A stretch of 60,853 nucleotides of DNA, filler included, from Sphacelaria rigidula (Eukaryota): NCBI GenBank assembly GCA_964200075.2. It is 8 parts of 8 records of this genome, joined end to end, with 100 filler letters (N's around TTAATTAATTAA, not from the genome) between each part and the next. Parts side by side here need not be neighbours in the genome. Positions count along the whole stretch, not along the records: positions 1 to 7,520 come from CAXNAA020014535.1; positions 7,621 to 15,140 come from CAXNAA020014536.1; 6 more parts are not named here. One strand, written 5' to 3'. Position numbers and translations under genes: made by a program. This document shows, in pieces, positions 1 to 12,059 of this stretch; position 1 is the stretch's first letter, and each line of letters begins with the position of its first letter. Under the pieces are notes generated by a model that worked only from the letters and a program-made list of their open reading frames with translations, was not told where the DNA came from and searched no databases.

Positions 1-40
1 GGGCGGGCGGCGCGCTTGGGCTGTTGGGGTTGGTGGCGCG

Positions 41-73
<33 letters not shown>

Positions 74-1322
74 CGGGGGGGGGGTATACGCCTCCCCGAG
101 ACCTGACATCTATTACTGCTGTTATTTCCATATGCGTGCAGTTCGCTATTATTGCTGCTGTTGTCATCAAAGGCTGCACGCGCGGTTTGACCGGTGGCAG
201 TTTTCGGTAATGCATTTATATAACGAATGAAAGGTTAGTCTCCATACTACACCACACGTTCATGATGAGGATTCCCCGAAGTCGGCCAAGGTCTTGATGC
301 CGTATCGCATGTGGATTTTTCCAAATAAACATTCGATGTACGATAGAGTGCAGACGTATCCTAGAGACGTCAATCTAAGGACTGCACAAAACCGGTGGTA
401 ACTTGGCCAGTCGCTTTACTTTGAAATACATGCCGAGGAGAATACCCAACACGACATATCCTGCAGCGATGCGCTGTGCAAGTCTTGATCCTGTCATGAC
501 CGAACAGCCACTCACAAGGAATGTTTGACTAGAATATATATCATCATAATTTTTTCCTCGTCTTCGTGCACGTCTGTCTCCTCAGACGACCGACGAAAAG
601 AGCCGATGATACGCAGCACGATACAGGCTCAACACATATTCTTGCGTATTGACGGCGAGCGATACACGTGTTTCCCCACCAACGAATAAATTGTGCAGCG
701 TCAACCACAAAAGTCTATCTAAATCTAGTGAGGATCACCAGAGATGCACACCACGGCACCCAACCCGGCGAATTTCGACAAATACATCATAGACACTCAT
801 CACACCTCAGCCGCCCTTACCAAGGAGTGATTCCACAGTAGAGGTGCACTCTTTGGTCCGAACGTTTCCTGAGGCTGCATACCAATGCCCAGATGTTCGT
901 CATCAAGAGGCTCCAAAAGTGAAGAGCCCCCGAAAACAATTGTGCGCCCCTACTGTAGGACCACTCCACGTGTAATTCATACAGCAGCCATACAGGTTGA
1001 ACTCTTCTACCCTAGGCACAATCACTGCACAACGACTCCGGAACTCGCACTACCAGTTATATGAATAAATATGGCCCCGAGTGGCAGGGTGTGTTACAAA
1101 TTGCAGTAGGCACCGATTGGTGGTGACGTTATCGCCGGCCAAACGCCTTCCTACTCGACAAACGTGAAGCACACGATACCTTTTCAAGTGGCATCACTTT
1201 TTTCGTCGTCTCATTGGCTAGAGACCTCGCACGCTGTGAGCTTTCCTCGTGGGAAATTCATCCACGATTCTTTTCTCGCCAATGATACGTTGGTTATGGG
1301 AGATCAACATCGTGCTCTTTCT

Positions 1323-1397
1323 TCACACTTTGACCCAACAGTTGCCCTCGATGGTCACTTCATCGTCAGCAACAGACACCACGCTTGGGTCTTCCAT
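1323..1397 (-). CDS. Beta-helix protein terminal exon
   Basis: ctacag acceptor; MEDPSVVSVADDEVTIEGNCWVKV followed by TGA. Confidence 0.72.
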   Translation of the reverse strand: MEDPSVVSVADDEVTIEGNCWVKV

Positions 1398-1868
1398 CTG
1401 TAGCGGGTCACGAAAACGACCAATAGACAAGACAAGGACAGCGCAGACACGAATGGAAACACAAGTTAGTAATCATAACCTCGAAGTGAAGTGCAACTCT
1501 TCGACTGCGAGACATCACTGAAAATGTCCTGCGCAAGAATTGCTACACAAAACTGATTATCTCACAAAAGCCTACGAGTAGCATGCCTCTACACTCGTCA
1601 AATTGGACACGCTCGCGACCAACAGGTTATGCAAAGGAAACTAGGAGGAGAACCCGATTGACGACACCCATGCTGGGCTTTTCTCACAAGACTCTCGAGA
1701 GTACCACAGCGCGACGACAAAACACCGAAATGGCACCGGCGACGACACCGGAAAAGTACGCAATAATATTTGTTGTAATTCCACGCATCGCACAGGATAC
1801 CAACGTTAAAATGCGGCGCTCATTGGCAAGCCGTTCTTTATTTTACCCGTCAAGGAGCACTTCCACAC

Positions 1869-1960
1869 CTGAATGACGCAGACCCCGGCTTCAACAGCCG
1901 ATAGCCCTAGGCCCGTGAAAAACACGTCAGTGCTGTCAGCGGAAACCGTCATCACCGGGT
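1869..1960 (-). CDS. Beta-helix protein penultimate exon
   Basis: AAG acceptor, CAG|GTGTGG donor; (D)PVMTVSADSTDVFFTGLGLSAVEAGVCVIQ; enters in phase 1 and exits in phase 0 as required. Confidence 0.72.
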
Positions 1961-2646
1961 CTTGGACACCGAACCGACAAAACCGGCCAGATACAACAGC
2001 GACGAAACAACCAGGGCGGGTAGTGCGGTGAGTCATTGAGGAGCAGGGAACCTGTTTAAATTAAGAGTACTAGATGCAATACTTGGCAACTTTTATGCCC
2101 CCCCGCTGATATTTGCTTTTCCTCTTGTTTTGGTATTTAAATATTCGATGAAGCATCCCATATGATATCCTTGTGGGGGAGATTGCGGGCAAGGAGGAGG
2201 TCTAAGGTGTCGTCTGTCCAATTTCAAGGCTACGCTGAAACGAGGGAGGTGATCAGCGGTCAACTGAAGCTTCCAGCTTCAGCCCTCTATCTTGAACGCA
2301 CTTAACTCGAGCGTGAAACTGAAAGGTGATTTTCCGAGGCACAGTCTACTACGCGGCAGAGCAGACGCGTTTGCTCGCTGTATCTATTGCCGGGCTTCCG
2401 CAGGAATAGCACGCACGACAACGCTAAGCCAATCGCATACGCAATAGGACAACAAACAATCCGGTCGGCAGCCCAAGGGAAATGAGCATAAAAGGATACA
2501 CGCCAACCCGCACCCTCGAAATCAGTCGTGAGCTCTTTCCCGAGGCCAACAACAACACGTACAAAATAAACGACATCGTTAGTGAGGAAAAAATGGTACG
2601 CCTGCACATACTGCACGGACGAAATGAGGAAGCGAATAACCCTCAC

Positions 2647-2836
2647 CATTGGAGGACTGAACCCGAAGATCCGTAAATGAGACAAGGCTGGTGCTTTCGA
2701 TAATGACATCGATCGGCTGCTGACCGTCCACACTGCCAACGTTGCCCTTTCCCTCCGCGGACTCGCCGATGGTAGCTTCAAACGTGAAGTTGTGAGAGTC
2801 AATGAGATGAATTCCTGCCACCCCGTTGTCCTTCAT
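2647..2836 (-). CDS. Beta-helix protein exon
   Basis: ttccag acceptor, G|GTGAGG donor; MKDNGVAGIHLIDSHNFTFEAT...IDVIIESTSLVSFTDLRVQSSN. Confidence 0.82.
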
Positions 2837-3824
2837 CTGGAATTATGCAACAGCATGCAAATATGGAGGTTCCAGCGTTGCTGTCCGTGCATCAATTTAG
2901 AAACTATCGGGTCGCTCCACCTATAAAGGTAGAACGACTGAGCCGTGTGATTGTCTTCGTGTGATTCCCTTCACTTTCTCCCAACAACAACCAAAATCGG
3001 AAACGTCGTGGAGTTTTTGGCGATCGTCTTCTTTCAAGCGGCATATTCGACCAAAATCGTATCAAACCCATAGAGTATACGATTCGCGTTGTGTGTTTGC
3101 CTCTTATGTCCCGATCTGCTTCTTCGTGGCCAAGGTTTGTCAGGTCAAGAACAGTCATCGCAGGCGTGTCAACCCTGGGACGATCATCCTCCAGTCTCCA
3201 GTCGGGGCTATGGTCATACTCACCCCTCTAAGCTGCGGCCGCATCGCTCCCCTGTCTGTCGCAACAAATTCACTGTCTCAAGGGGCAATCTCCGACAAGG
3301 TCTACCAACACCAAATTCACCTCGCATACAATATGTTCCGCACGCCCTTACTGAGTGAGCAGCTGTTACCTGTGTTACAATAGTCCCGGGGAAGATGGAT
3401 CATCCCCGACGACATCGCGTACTACGCATAGTGATGACGTTACATTGTTAAGGATTAGATCAAACGACAACCCGATCAATATTCCAACAGCTGCTGCGAT
3501 CAGCCGCACAAATACGCAAAATAGACACACACACAGACACACATGATGAGACTTGAGGCTCAATGTTATCAAGTGCGAAGCCGAACAGGCAGTACCAACA
3601 AAGACCTATTCAGCTACAAGGACCAGCGACACCAAACTTTCTCGCTCCCACGTTGGTCCATCAAGACGACAGACCAGTTGGAGCATTTTCGCTTTTTGGC
3701 CGTAACGCCGGACTGTATTTAGGCAGTTCGAGTCCGGCACGGTTCGATAATGACGTTCTTGTAGGGTAGGTTAACGGCGGCGAACTTCGCCTACGACCAC
3801 ACCTGGTATCAACCCTTCCCTCAC

Positions 3825-3912
3825 CGTGTGACGCCGCACCCAAACAGAATCGGAAGCGTCCACCACTAGCCCCGTCCCGCGACTTTCTCCGATGGACCAC
3901 GGCGCGTATATG
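3825..3912 (-). CDS. Beta-helix protein exon
   Basis: tccag acceptor, ACG|GTGAGG donor; (D)IYAPWSIGESRGTGLVVDASDSVWVRRHT; phases match both neighbours. Confidence 0.8.
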
Positions 3913-4602
3913 CTGGATTGACACGGGTACGGGAAACGCCGCGAAGGAGGGGGAACAGGGAGAGGAGAGAGGAATAGAGAAAGGACCGGGGTGACGCAGG
4001 GTTGGTCGTGATTCGGAGGCTGTCGATCGTTGACCATTCGACATGCATCCCCGAGAGGATGGAGTGGTGTTTGTAAGCCATGCAATCGATAGTGTTTAAC
4101 TGCTTATCCTTGTATTTGCGACGTCGCCACCATCAAGTGCCTTCAAGCAGAGCAAACTTCAAACTTTCGATCGTCAGGTATAAGTTGAGGGCATGAGCAA
4201 TCTCAGAAATGCTGCATCGGGTGTTGAAAGAAACGACGTCCATACAACCTGTGTCCTGCCTTCGCCACGACCACCCCTGTCCTCTGCCCACGATCACGAG
4301 CTCATATTGTGTTGTGGTTATTTACATACGACGTATGGCGATGTATCATTCGCTTTCGTACACAAATCACCACCGACTTCATTCCTGAATCTACAAAATG
4401 GAAAACGTCGTCACTGAACTTAGAGAGGCACGCCCACCGCCGCGCTTGTCACACATACTATCATACCCCTATACTCGGTAGGTGTCGTTGAGATCTGCTC
4501 ACAACACGAATAGAAAACACAAACAGAACACGCATTTTTGAATCCCAATTCATTTTCGACGCGAAAATGCCAGGCAAAACTGAAATCGGGCGTAGTGCGT
4601 AC

Positions 4603-4703
4603 TCTTCATATCTCCCGGCATCAATGTTGATGGCGCTCGAGCTTGATACCACAACAGCGTCGCCGTCGCAGTAGCGGACTTCTGTGTCCAGCAGCGTCAG
4701 GTT
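4603..4703 (-). CDS. Beta-helix protein exon
   Basis: Pyrimidine tract plus aacag acceptor, GA|GTACGC donor; NLTLLDTEVRYCDGDAVVVSSSSAINIDAGRYE, a PbH1-like pattern. Confidence 0.8.
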
Positions 4704-5374
4704 CTGTTCAGCAAAACCGGCAAAAAAGAACGCAGGTGGATGCGGAGAAGATACTTCTTTGATAACAAATCTAGGGAAATGCGACTGAATATTTCATAAG
4801 CTTGAAAAGGAAAGGAAAAACAAGAACATACTGAGTAGTGAGTAGTTGAGGGCACCACTCAAGGGAAACAGTTGACGGTTAGGACGAATCATCACGACTA
4901 CGAATCGGCAAATCCACGATTTCTTCGGCCTGATTGCCCGAAAGGGAGAAAAACATTGACCGCTGGTCCAAGGGGTATCCACGCAACGTTCGCGCCATTC
5001 CGCGTGTCTGGGCTGCGTGTACACGGGTTGCAACGCTGAAAACAAAGCCTTGAGATTGATTAGTACGGTTCGAATCTATTACACCAAAACCAAGTAATTT
5101 CCAGACGAAGCATTATTTGTCCAACCCTTGAAACAGTTACCGATGCACACGTGCAAGAACTCGTCAGGAGAGTCAGCTGGCATGTGGGCCACTCGCCACC
5201 GGACGTTCAAGATACATCCCATGCCTGGAGTATGCACAGATCGGAGATGATGAGCACACACGGAATGAGTTCCCTACACTGTATCTCCCCGCATTCCTGT
5301 CGAACATTTGAAACTCGTCATTTTGAGAAGAAATCGTCTGTCAACCACGCTGGATCAAATGTGTCGGAGCTTGC

Positions 5375-5479
5375 CTGTGAGTCGAAGACCTCTATGCATC
5401 TAGATCCCAGGCCCGGCACAGCGGTTCCAGCAGTACCACTTTCGGGGTCATAGTGCCCACGAATCCACAAGTCGTCAGT
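5375..5479 (-). CDS. Beta-helix protein exon with GC splice donor
   Basis: tccag acceptor; 105 nt, TDDLWIRGHYDPESGTAGTAVPGLGSRCIEVFDSQ; donor CAG|GCAAGC; joins in phase 0 to give CIEVFDSQNLTLLD. Confidence 0.7.
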
Positions 5480-5650
5480 CTGGATCATGACGATACAATC
5501 AACAGAGCGGAAACGGTATCGTTTACATCTCATAGGAGGTGACGACGATGGATCTTGAGAGCCAGTGCTTGGGAACCCACTCACGACTGGGGAAAAATCG
5601 AATGCGACTTCATTCCTTTCAGTAGACCCTGAGCGTGCGGCAGCTGTTTC

Positions 5651-5652
5651 GT

Positions 5653-5728
<76 letters not shown>

Positions 5729-5750
5729 CATTTGTGTGTGTGGCGTGTGT
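5651..5750. repeat. (TG)n microsatellite inside an intron
   Basis: About 90 nt TG run; other (CA)n runs at about 30282-30329 and 53122-53165. Confidence 0.95.
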
Positions 5751-5873
5751 TGCGATCGCCACGGACTTGCGCTGTACACGCCTACCCCGAGCACGTGGTG
5801 AAAACTCCCGTCTTTGAGCTGATGAATTTCGTCCTTATAAACACCATCGGATGCCTCTGTAAGCCTTACTCAC

Positions 5874-5982
5874 CCTCGCGTCTCTTATTCCGTCGAACAC
5901 TACCATAGCAGCGATATCCGTGTTTCCGGCGGCGCCCTCCTCCAGTATGATCCCCGTGTAGTACGGGGAATCGTCGGAGAAT
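5874..5982 (-). CDS. Beta-helix (pectin lyase fold) protein, first visible internal exon (gene 5'-partial)
   Basis: ttgtag acceptor and AGG|GTGAGT donor; 109 nt starting in phase 2; reads xFSDDSPYYTGIILEEGAAGNTDIAAMVVFDGIRDAR; in phase with the next exon. Confidence 0.75.
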
Positions 5983-7520
5983 CTACAACCATAGAAGGAC
6001 AGGTGGGGGAGGAAAACAAGGGAAATGATGGCAGCTATTCCGGCGGGGTGGCGGGTCCGTAATACTGAACCACGTGAAGTAAGGACGGAGGGGTAGGCAC
6101 AATGATGAAAAGACGAAACATAACATATTTTCTTACCTTAATTCCCACTATACTGGCCCTCTGGTCCTTAAGTACGGTCGTTTCGTTTGTCGTCTCCTCT
6201 GTCCATTCCTCCCCTCGCCCTTACTTCGTGCTTCTTGATTGTTTTGAGTGATAGAAGGGAAGTCGCTGTTCGATTCCGTCCACATTACTGTACTACTATC
6301 AATAAAAGGCTCCATCCATCTACTCGTGCCAACATGTTATTGCATGCAAGATAACCGCACCCAGAATATGGCAAAACTGCAGGCCTTTTTTTTTTGTCTG
6401 AAACGCATTGAGCGAAAGTGCTTTCCCCTTATTTTTCGGTAGCGCCAACGTGAAATCACAGACCATTCACCGAGGCCTCGACGATAAGACAAACATTACA
6501 CACAAACATGCACACAACACGCTGCACCAATGATCGCGGACACGCAAAAGCTGGGGTTTGGGCAATGATTCCCTTCCTCCGGTCTGTCGAAGGAGCCGGG
6601 GGAGATCTTTTGGCAACACCTCGTGCGCAACATGGACTCGAAGATGCAACAAACAGTGCAGTACACTGCTCGTAGTTACAGGTAGTTTGAGACCCCATAG
6701 TCGGTCTTCGTGGCCGGAAGATAGCAGTACCGTCTGTAGTAGTGTTAGCGCCGATATGTCTTTCCTAGCTCCTCAAGTGGCGGATATATTCTGGTCAACA
6801 AAAGCCTCGCGCGCATTCAGCTGAGCGGACAAGGCTCGGAGTTAGTATTGCGCATACGCTGGAACTCTCTGTGCGTGTTGTTAGGCGGCGCAGTTACCAC
6901 GTGGGCCACGAATAGGTTCACGGTTCTTGTTCTTCCGCACTCCAATCAAGCACCACTTCCTTTTTTCATATGACATCTGTTCTGCCCTCTATAAATACAC
7001 AAAATCCTCCGTTGCTGTGACTCATTATTTGGATACGCCACTGAAAAACGTTCCGCGTGTACGATTGGCTGCTACACTTAGCCCGTTCCAGAAACGCTAG
7101 CCTTGACCGCGTAGGGGCGATCTTGGCTGGGTAGCTGTCGAGCCCTTGTCCACAGGTACTGTACACGTTTTCTACTGTCCGGTACAACCTGTTCTTGTGA
7201 GGACGTATACAATTCCACCGCTGAGTTGGAACGCCCCCCTTCCACCCTCGCCCTGCCCCGCGAAACAGGACGCGGAAAAGATATGTAAAACGGTTTTTGT
7301 GTGATGTATGGAAGAAACGTAATGAATGCCGGAATGTTGGAGGTGGCTCTATTAGGAGTAGGAACGGTGTTCCGTATCGAAAGGGATGCGTGATCAATGA
7401 TCAAACAACTAAGGCAAGCAACAAATAAGTACGTCCCCCTCCCGCCCTCGCCAGGGATCGAAGGGGCGGCGTGTAGGGAGAGGGCGTCGATCCAGGTGGC
7501 GGTCCTAGCGTTAAAAACAA

Positions 7521-7620
7521 NNNNNNNNNNNNNNNNNNNNNNNNNNNNNNNNNNNNNNNNNNNNTTAATTAATTAANNNNNNNNNNNNNNNNNNNNNNNN
7601 NNNNNNNNNNNNNNNNNNNN
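7521..7620. other. Artificial contig-joining linker N44-TTAATTAATTAA-N44 (also 15141-15240, 22760-22859, 30379-30478, 37998-38097, 45617-45716, 53236-53335)
   Basis: Seven identical 100-nt spacers carrying stop codons in all six frames, separating contigs of 7518-7520 bp. Confidence 0.97.
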
Positions 7621-8737
7621 CTATCATGTAGGATGCTGGATGATGATTATGTGATAGGATACCCTGTGGATGATGGCCCTCACCGTGTAGCCTTTGATGT
7701 GGAGCCGGTCGGCTTCTGTTGTTTACTTCATGAATGGATGCTCTACGAGAAATTATTATCGAGCGTGAGGCCAGTGGATTCTGGAGAAGTCCCTCACTGA
7801 ATAGCCCTCTTGTCAGGATCGTCTGACAGAGGGTATAGCTATTGAATTCATGTCGCCAGGGATAGATGGCAGAGCAACAGCTACAGACGGCTAGACGATG
7901 AACAAACAAAAGAGACGCGCATGCAAAGCACACAGTGTTGGTGTAGCATACACGGCAGCTCGGCAGTCCGAACACAACGCAACTCAAAAAAACGTACAGC
8001 AGAGGCAGTGCGGGAGCTCCAACTGTGATGTGATAGGGGTGAGGCACCTTGAGAAGGGTGTAATGGTGTTCACCACGATTGTTCGAGGTTCAGACCTCAG
8101 TGTACGTTGTTTGTTTACTCAGCTCAGCAGCGCGGGCTGACCACAGTCGCTCTCATGTTTTTCACACAAGGAGACAACAAGCAAATACAGACCAGAATAG
8201 CACCGTCTTATCACGCAATTGATTGCATCCAACTTAATCTACAGAACAGGGAGATACAACACAAACACAAACAAGCCAAACCTCAATCAATAAAACACAC
8301 CAGACAAAACAGCAGCCCGACTACTGCTCTTATCTCTGAGACTCACTTTCTCGCGGTTTGTAGATACTCCAATGGGGAACTGTTGAATCGCAGCCAAGAA
8401 CCGGGAATGAAAAGGGAGTAAGCTCGTTGGAACTGCTTACAGCTTCAAACGTGTGTCGCTGCCCCATATTCATCACAAACTGTGGTCATACCATAAAATC
8501 CAAGAGCCGAGCTCCACAATACATGCCATGGTTGAGTCACTACTTTTTTTTTTTCGAATTCAAATACATACTCTCCGTAGAACGTCAACCCAACGGGTAG
8601 CCAATTTCCCGCTATTTGAATATGAAAATGTCAATCATTCAATGTCACTTTTACCCAAGATCATGGCGACGTCCTGCAGTCACATCATATCACACCCGCT
8701 CATGAGTCAATGCTTCCTTACCAGGCTAAGTGCTAGC

Positions 8738-9390
8738 AGATATAGCGGTGCGCATCTCTCTGTGCGAGTTGTGCACATCGGGTGTGTCTCGCAAGCGTGG
8801 CTACTGCTGGTGATGGCGTTGGAAGAATAAAACCAGCGTCCAATACGGGGGAACACAAGTGATACGTACTCGTACTGAAATGCTGCAGTATACTGATACA
8901 ATATGAGGGTAAACTGATACAATATGAGGGTAACATCACGCGAATAGATCATGATCGATTCAGAGTGGGGAGGAGGAAATAACACACCAGGTGCATGTGA
9001 ATTGTCGCACGTCGAAACGCGGACCGTCTCCCGCACGAGAAGAAGAAGCAGCAGCAGTAGCAGCAGCATTTTTATTGCCAGTAAATGTGTACAGTTGGGG
9101 ATGGTTCTGAATCAGCCGGTGCTGATGCTGCTGCGGCTCTTGATCGTAAACGGTCCGCGTTTCGACCGTGCGACAACACCCACGCACCCCACGAGTGACG
9201 GCGACCGTGCTGGACAGCGCTGGCACGTACTACCCGCCGATGGGTCCATGCTTGCTTACTCGGCGAGGTTCTGACAGACATAGCTGTGCGCATCTCTCTG
9301 TGGGAGCTGTGCACGTGGAGTGTGTCTCCCACGCATGGGTACTGCTGGTGATGGCGTTGAACCCAGCGTGGTTACTGCTAGTGATGGGAT
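8738..9390 (+). repeat. Diverged direct repeat of about 100 bp (8738-8840 and 9277-9390)
   Basis: Both copies read ..tagc(g/t)gtgcgcatctctctgtg(c/g)gag..gtgcac..gtgtgtctc..tgg(c/g)tactgctggtgatggcgttg. Confidence 0.75.
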
Positions 9391-10444
9391 CCCAACTGTC
9401 GTCCTATGAACAGCCCAACAGCCCACGCTTTGCAACCATGCGTGCTTCTAGGTTGAAAAAACCCTTCATATTTAAAATTTGGAAAGTGAAACTCGTTTGG
9501 GACCTGATGTCCCTGGCGGTCGTTCTAACTCAAGCAGTAGACTTCACCACTTCGAAGTTCAAAATAGTTCTCGGAAATGTACGGCTTGTGGACAGGTGCG
9601 GCATTGGGTTTTAGTCTAGACACCGAAATCCGGATCTTTGACTCTTTACCGCGAGGGTAGGTCACCTGCTGAATCGGCATCAATATTCACTTGAAAAACG
9701 TGTGCGTGATGCAGGTGGACTCCCCTGCTCCTGGCGCGTGCTTTCAGCGTGCGCAGGACGCGTTGCGCCTGGAGCGTCATTTCGAGGTCTGGCAACGCAT
9801 ACTTCGCCTGGGGAACACGCCGCACCCCCCGTGCCCGAGGGTTCTTGGTACGTCTTCGTTGGGGTTGGGGTTAGAGTTGGTGTTCTTCGAAATGCATCAG
9901 CACCTGCGCAAACCATAAATTTCCGAGAATTATCTGTCAACTACCGAGTGATGAAGTCACCTAGATTTTGAATATGGTGTACCGTACATCCTCCTTGTAC
10001 ATGAGCACCAAACGCTGGGTCGTGGCTGGGCTTCTCACTCCAGACTTCGATTTGGAGGATCATACTAGGTAGGCAGCGGCAACTTGTGTGTGTCCAGGCG
10101 CCCCTTGGAGCAGGATGCGTTTGGTGTCCGTTTGATGAAAATATCCCCAGAAAACTGAAATCGATAAGGGTTTTAGACTGGAAAAATCTAGCAAAAAAAC
10201 TATCGCAAGGATTCGATCGCAAGAATCACGACGCAAAAAACCTTGGTCGATTTTTTACCCGCAGCAGAAACCAATTTCACTTTGTGAAATTGGAACGAAG
10301 GTCGCATTTCATGGGCGCTTGATACCGCCGATTCCTCACTGAAGGGCCTCTGATTGGTTGGATTTCACATTCCAACACAAACGTTTATCCCCATGTATGG
10401 GCGTTGTGCCCAATTTGCGGCATTATTTCCCATGTCCCCCCTCC

Positions 10445-11183
10445 TGGGGAGCCTGGCCCGGCGAAAACCCGGCGTGCTTCGTCCCGGCTTTGTAGGGATG
10501 CGAGGTCAATGGTCTCATGACTATGGCAAGCATGATCATGAGTACACCCCCCTCCCCCCCAGGACCCCCTATGGGGCTGGCGTCCGTTGGCAACAACACT
10601 GTCAAACACATCACGCACTGCGTACGTTAGGCAACCAAGTTAACGATTTTTTTGTGCGCTTGGGTTTTTTTGCGGTGACCATGATGGTGGTCGAACTAGA
10701 GCATGTCGTGCAGGGTGGGAGAATCTCGATTCCGCGCAAAGGGGATCATCATACCAAGTAGGGTCAAAATGATGAGACACCCATGAGGCAGTGCATAAGC
10801 CGTGGCTGTCTCTGGAAATGTCGATACCAGGAAATGTTTCCATTCACTGGAGGCTTTCATCCAAATGTAAGATAATCAGTACGCGACCCGCACAATGCTT
10901 GCAGGATAAAGTTCACCCTTCATGCGACTCGCCGAAGACATCACGGTGCTTCGCGCTTGGTGATTGATCGCGAGCCTGGTTCGGCGAAAACCCTGCGTGC
11001 TCCATCCCGACTTTGTAGGAATGCGTGGTCAATGGCCGTATGACCGTTGCAATCAAGATCATGAGCAGCCCCTCCCCCGGTAATGAGCACCGAAATGTTG
11101 GAGGTATCTCTATATTAGGAGTATGGCTGTCTCGAAAGGATTTCGTGGTCAATGATCAAACGACTAGACAAGCAAAAGTGAGC

Positions 11184-11235
<52 letters not shown>

Positions 11236-11830
11236 CCCTTCCTTCTTTCCGTCCGTCTGTTTGTCCCCCTCCTTCCCCCTCCCTCCNNNNNNNNNNCAAA
11301 CGGGCCCCCGCCCCCCCCCCCCCCCCCCCCGAGTCCGCCCCTAACCCTCTTGGCGGTTGGCGTCGGTTGGCAACGACGCTGTACAACACGCCCCTCACTG
11401 CGTAAGGTAGGCAACGAGGTGATCGTTTTCTTTCCGGTTGCGCTTTATTGTGCTGACCATGACGGTCGAGTGGGATCATATTGTGCCGGGTGGGGGAACC
11501 TCAACTTTGCGGAAAGGAAAAGATCGTTGGCATGGTGAGACAGCCATGAAGTAGGGTAAGCCGTGGCTGTCTCTGGAGATGGCGATACCAAAAAATGAAG
11601 CAACTCATTGGAGGCTGCCATCCATATGCAAGATGATCAGTGCGCTCCGGGCGGAACAATCGTATCAAGATGCAGACCACCCCACATGCTACTCGCCGAA
11701 CACACCACGGCGCTTCGCGGTTGGTGATCGCGAGCCTGGTACGGCGAAAACCCGGCGTGCTCCGTCCCGGCTTTGTAGGGGTGCGAGGTCAATGGTTTTA
11801 TGACTACGGCATGCATGATCATGAGAATCC
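10445..11830. repeat. Cluster of copies of an unclassified dispersed repeat family
   Basis: Recurrent gagcctggtncggcgaaaacccggcgtgct..ggctttgtagggatgcgaggtcaatgg..catgatcatgagtac and cgaaagggatgcgtggtcaatg..aggcaagcaacaaatgagtac; further copies near 7370-7500, 15490-15790, 19985-20100, 53340-53545 (inverted) and 60790-60853. Confidence 0.8.
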
Positions 11831-11981
11831 CCCACCGGCGCGCCGCCGAAAAAACTTGAAATAACAAAAAACGTGCACACTCATTATCCACATAATCGAA
11901 TGAAGCAAAGGCAATTAAATCCTAGTCTTCGAATGGGACAGCGACCACGTTAAACTAAGCCAGCCAGCCAGCTGGCGTACA

Positions 11982-12059
11982 TCACGCGGTTCCTTTTCGA
12001 CACTTCTCCAAGAGGCCTTGGCAAGCATCATCGAGCAGATCCAGCACCAGCTCGAAGCC
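11982..12059 (-). CDS. Low-molecular-weight protein tyrosine phosphatase, terminal exon
   Basis: gccag acceptor; GFELVLDLLDDACQGLLEKCRKGTA then TGA, the typical LMW-PTP C-terminal helix; phase 0 join. Confidence 0.9.
   Translation of the reverse strand, partial: GFELVLDLLDDACQGLLEKCRKGTA

Noticed and set aside
142-210. Possible plus-strand terminal exon FAIIAAVVIKGCTRGLTGGSFR
   Set aside because: At a contig edge, too short to assign, and no homology recognised.
3375-3572. Extra beta-helix exon (GILIGLSFDLILNNVTSS)
   Set aside because: Its acceptor phase does not fit the flanking exons, which already join in frame, and it runs into a stop; at most a relic.
5565-5908. ORFs with CV/TH, poly-P or poly-G runs (also near 11025-11479, 30027-30434, 52902-53291)
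   Set aside because: Translations of microsatellites and homopolymer tracts.
9715-9850. Possible plus-strand exon (gcag|GTGGAC...|GTACGT)
   Set aside because: Open in all three frames with no recognisable motif or partner exon, and it follows a MITE remnant.
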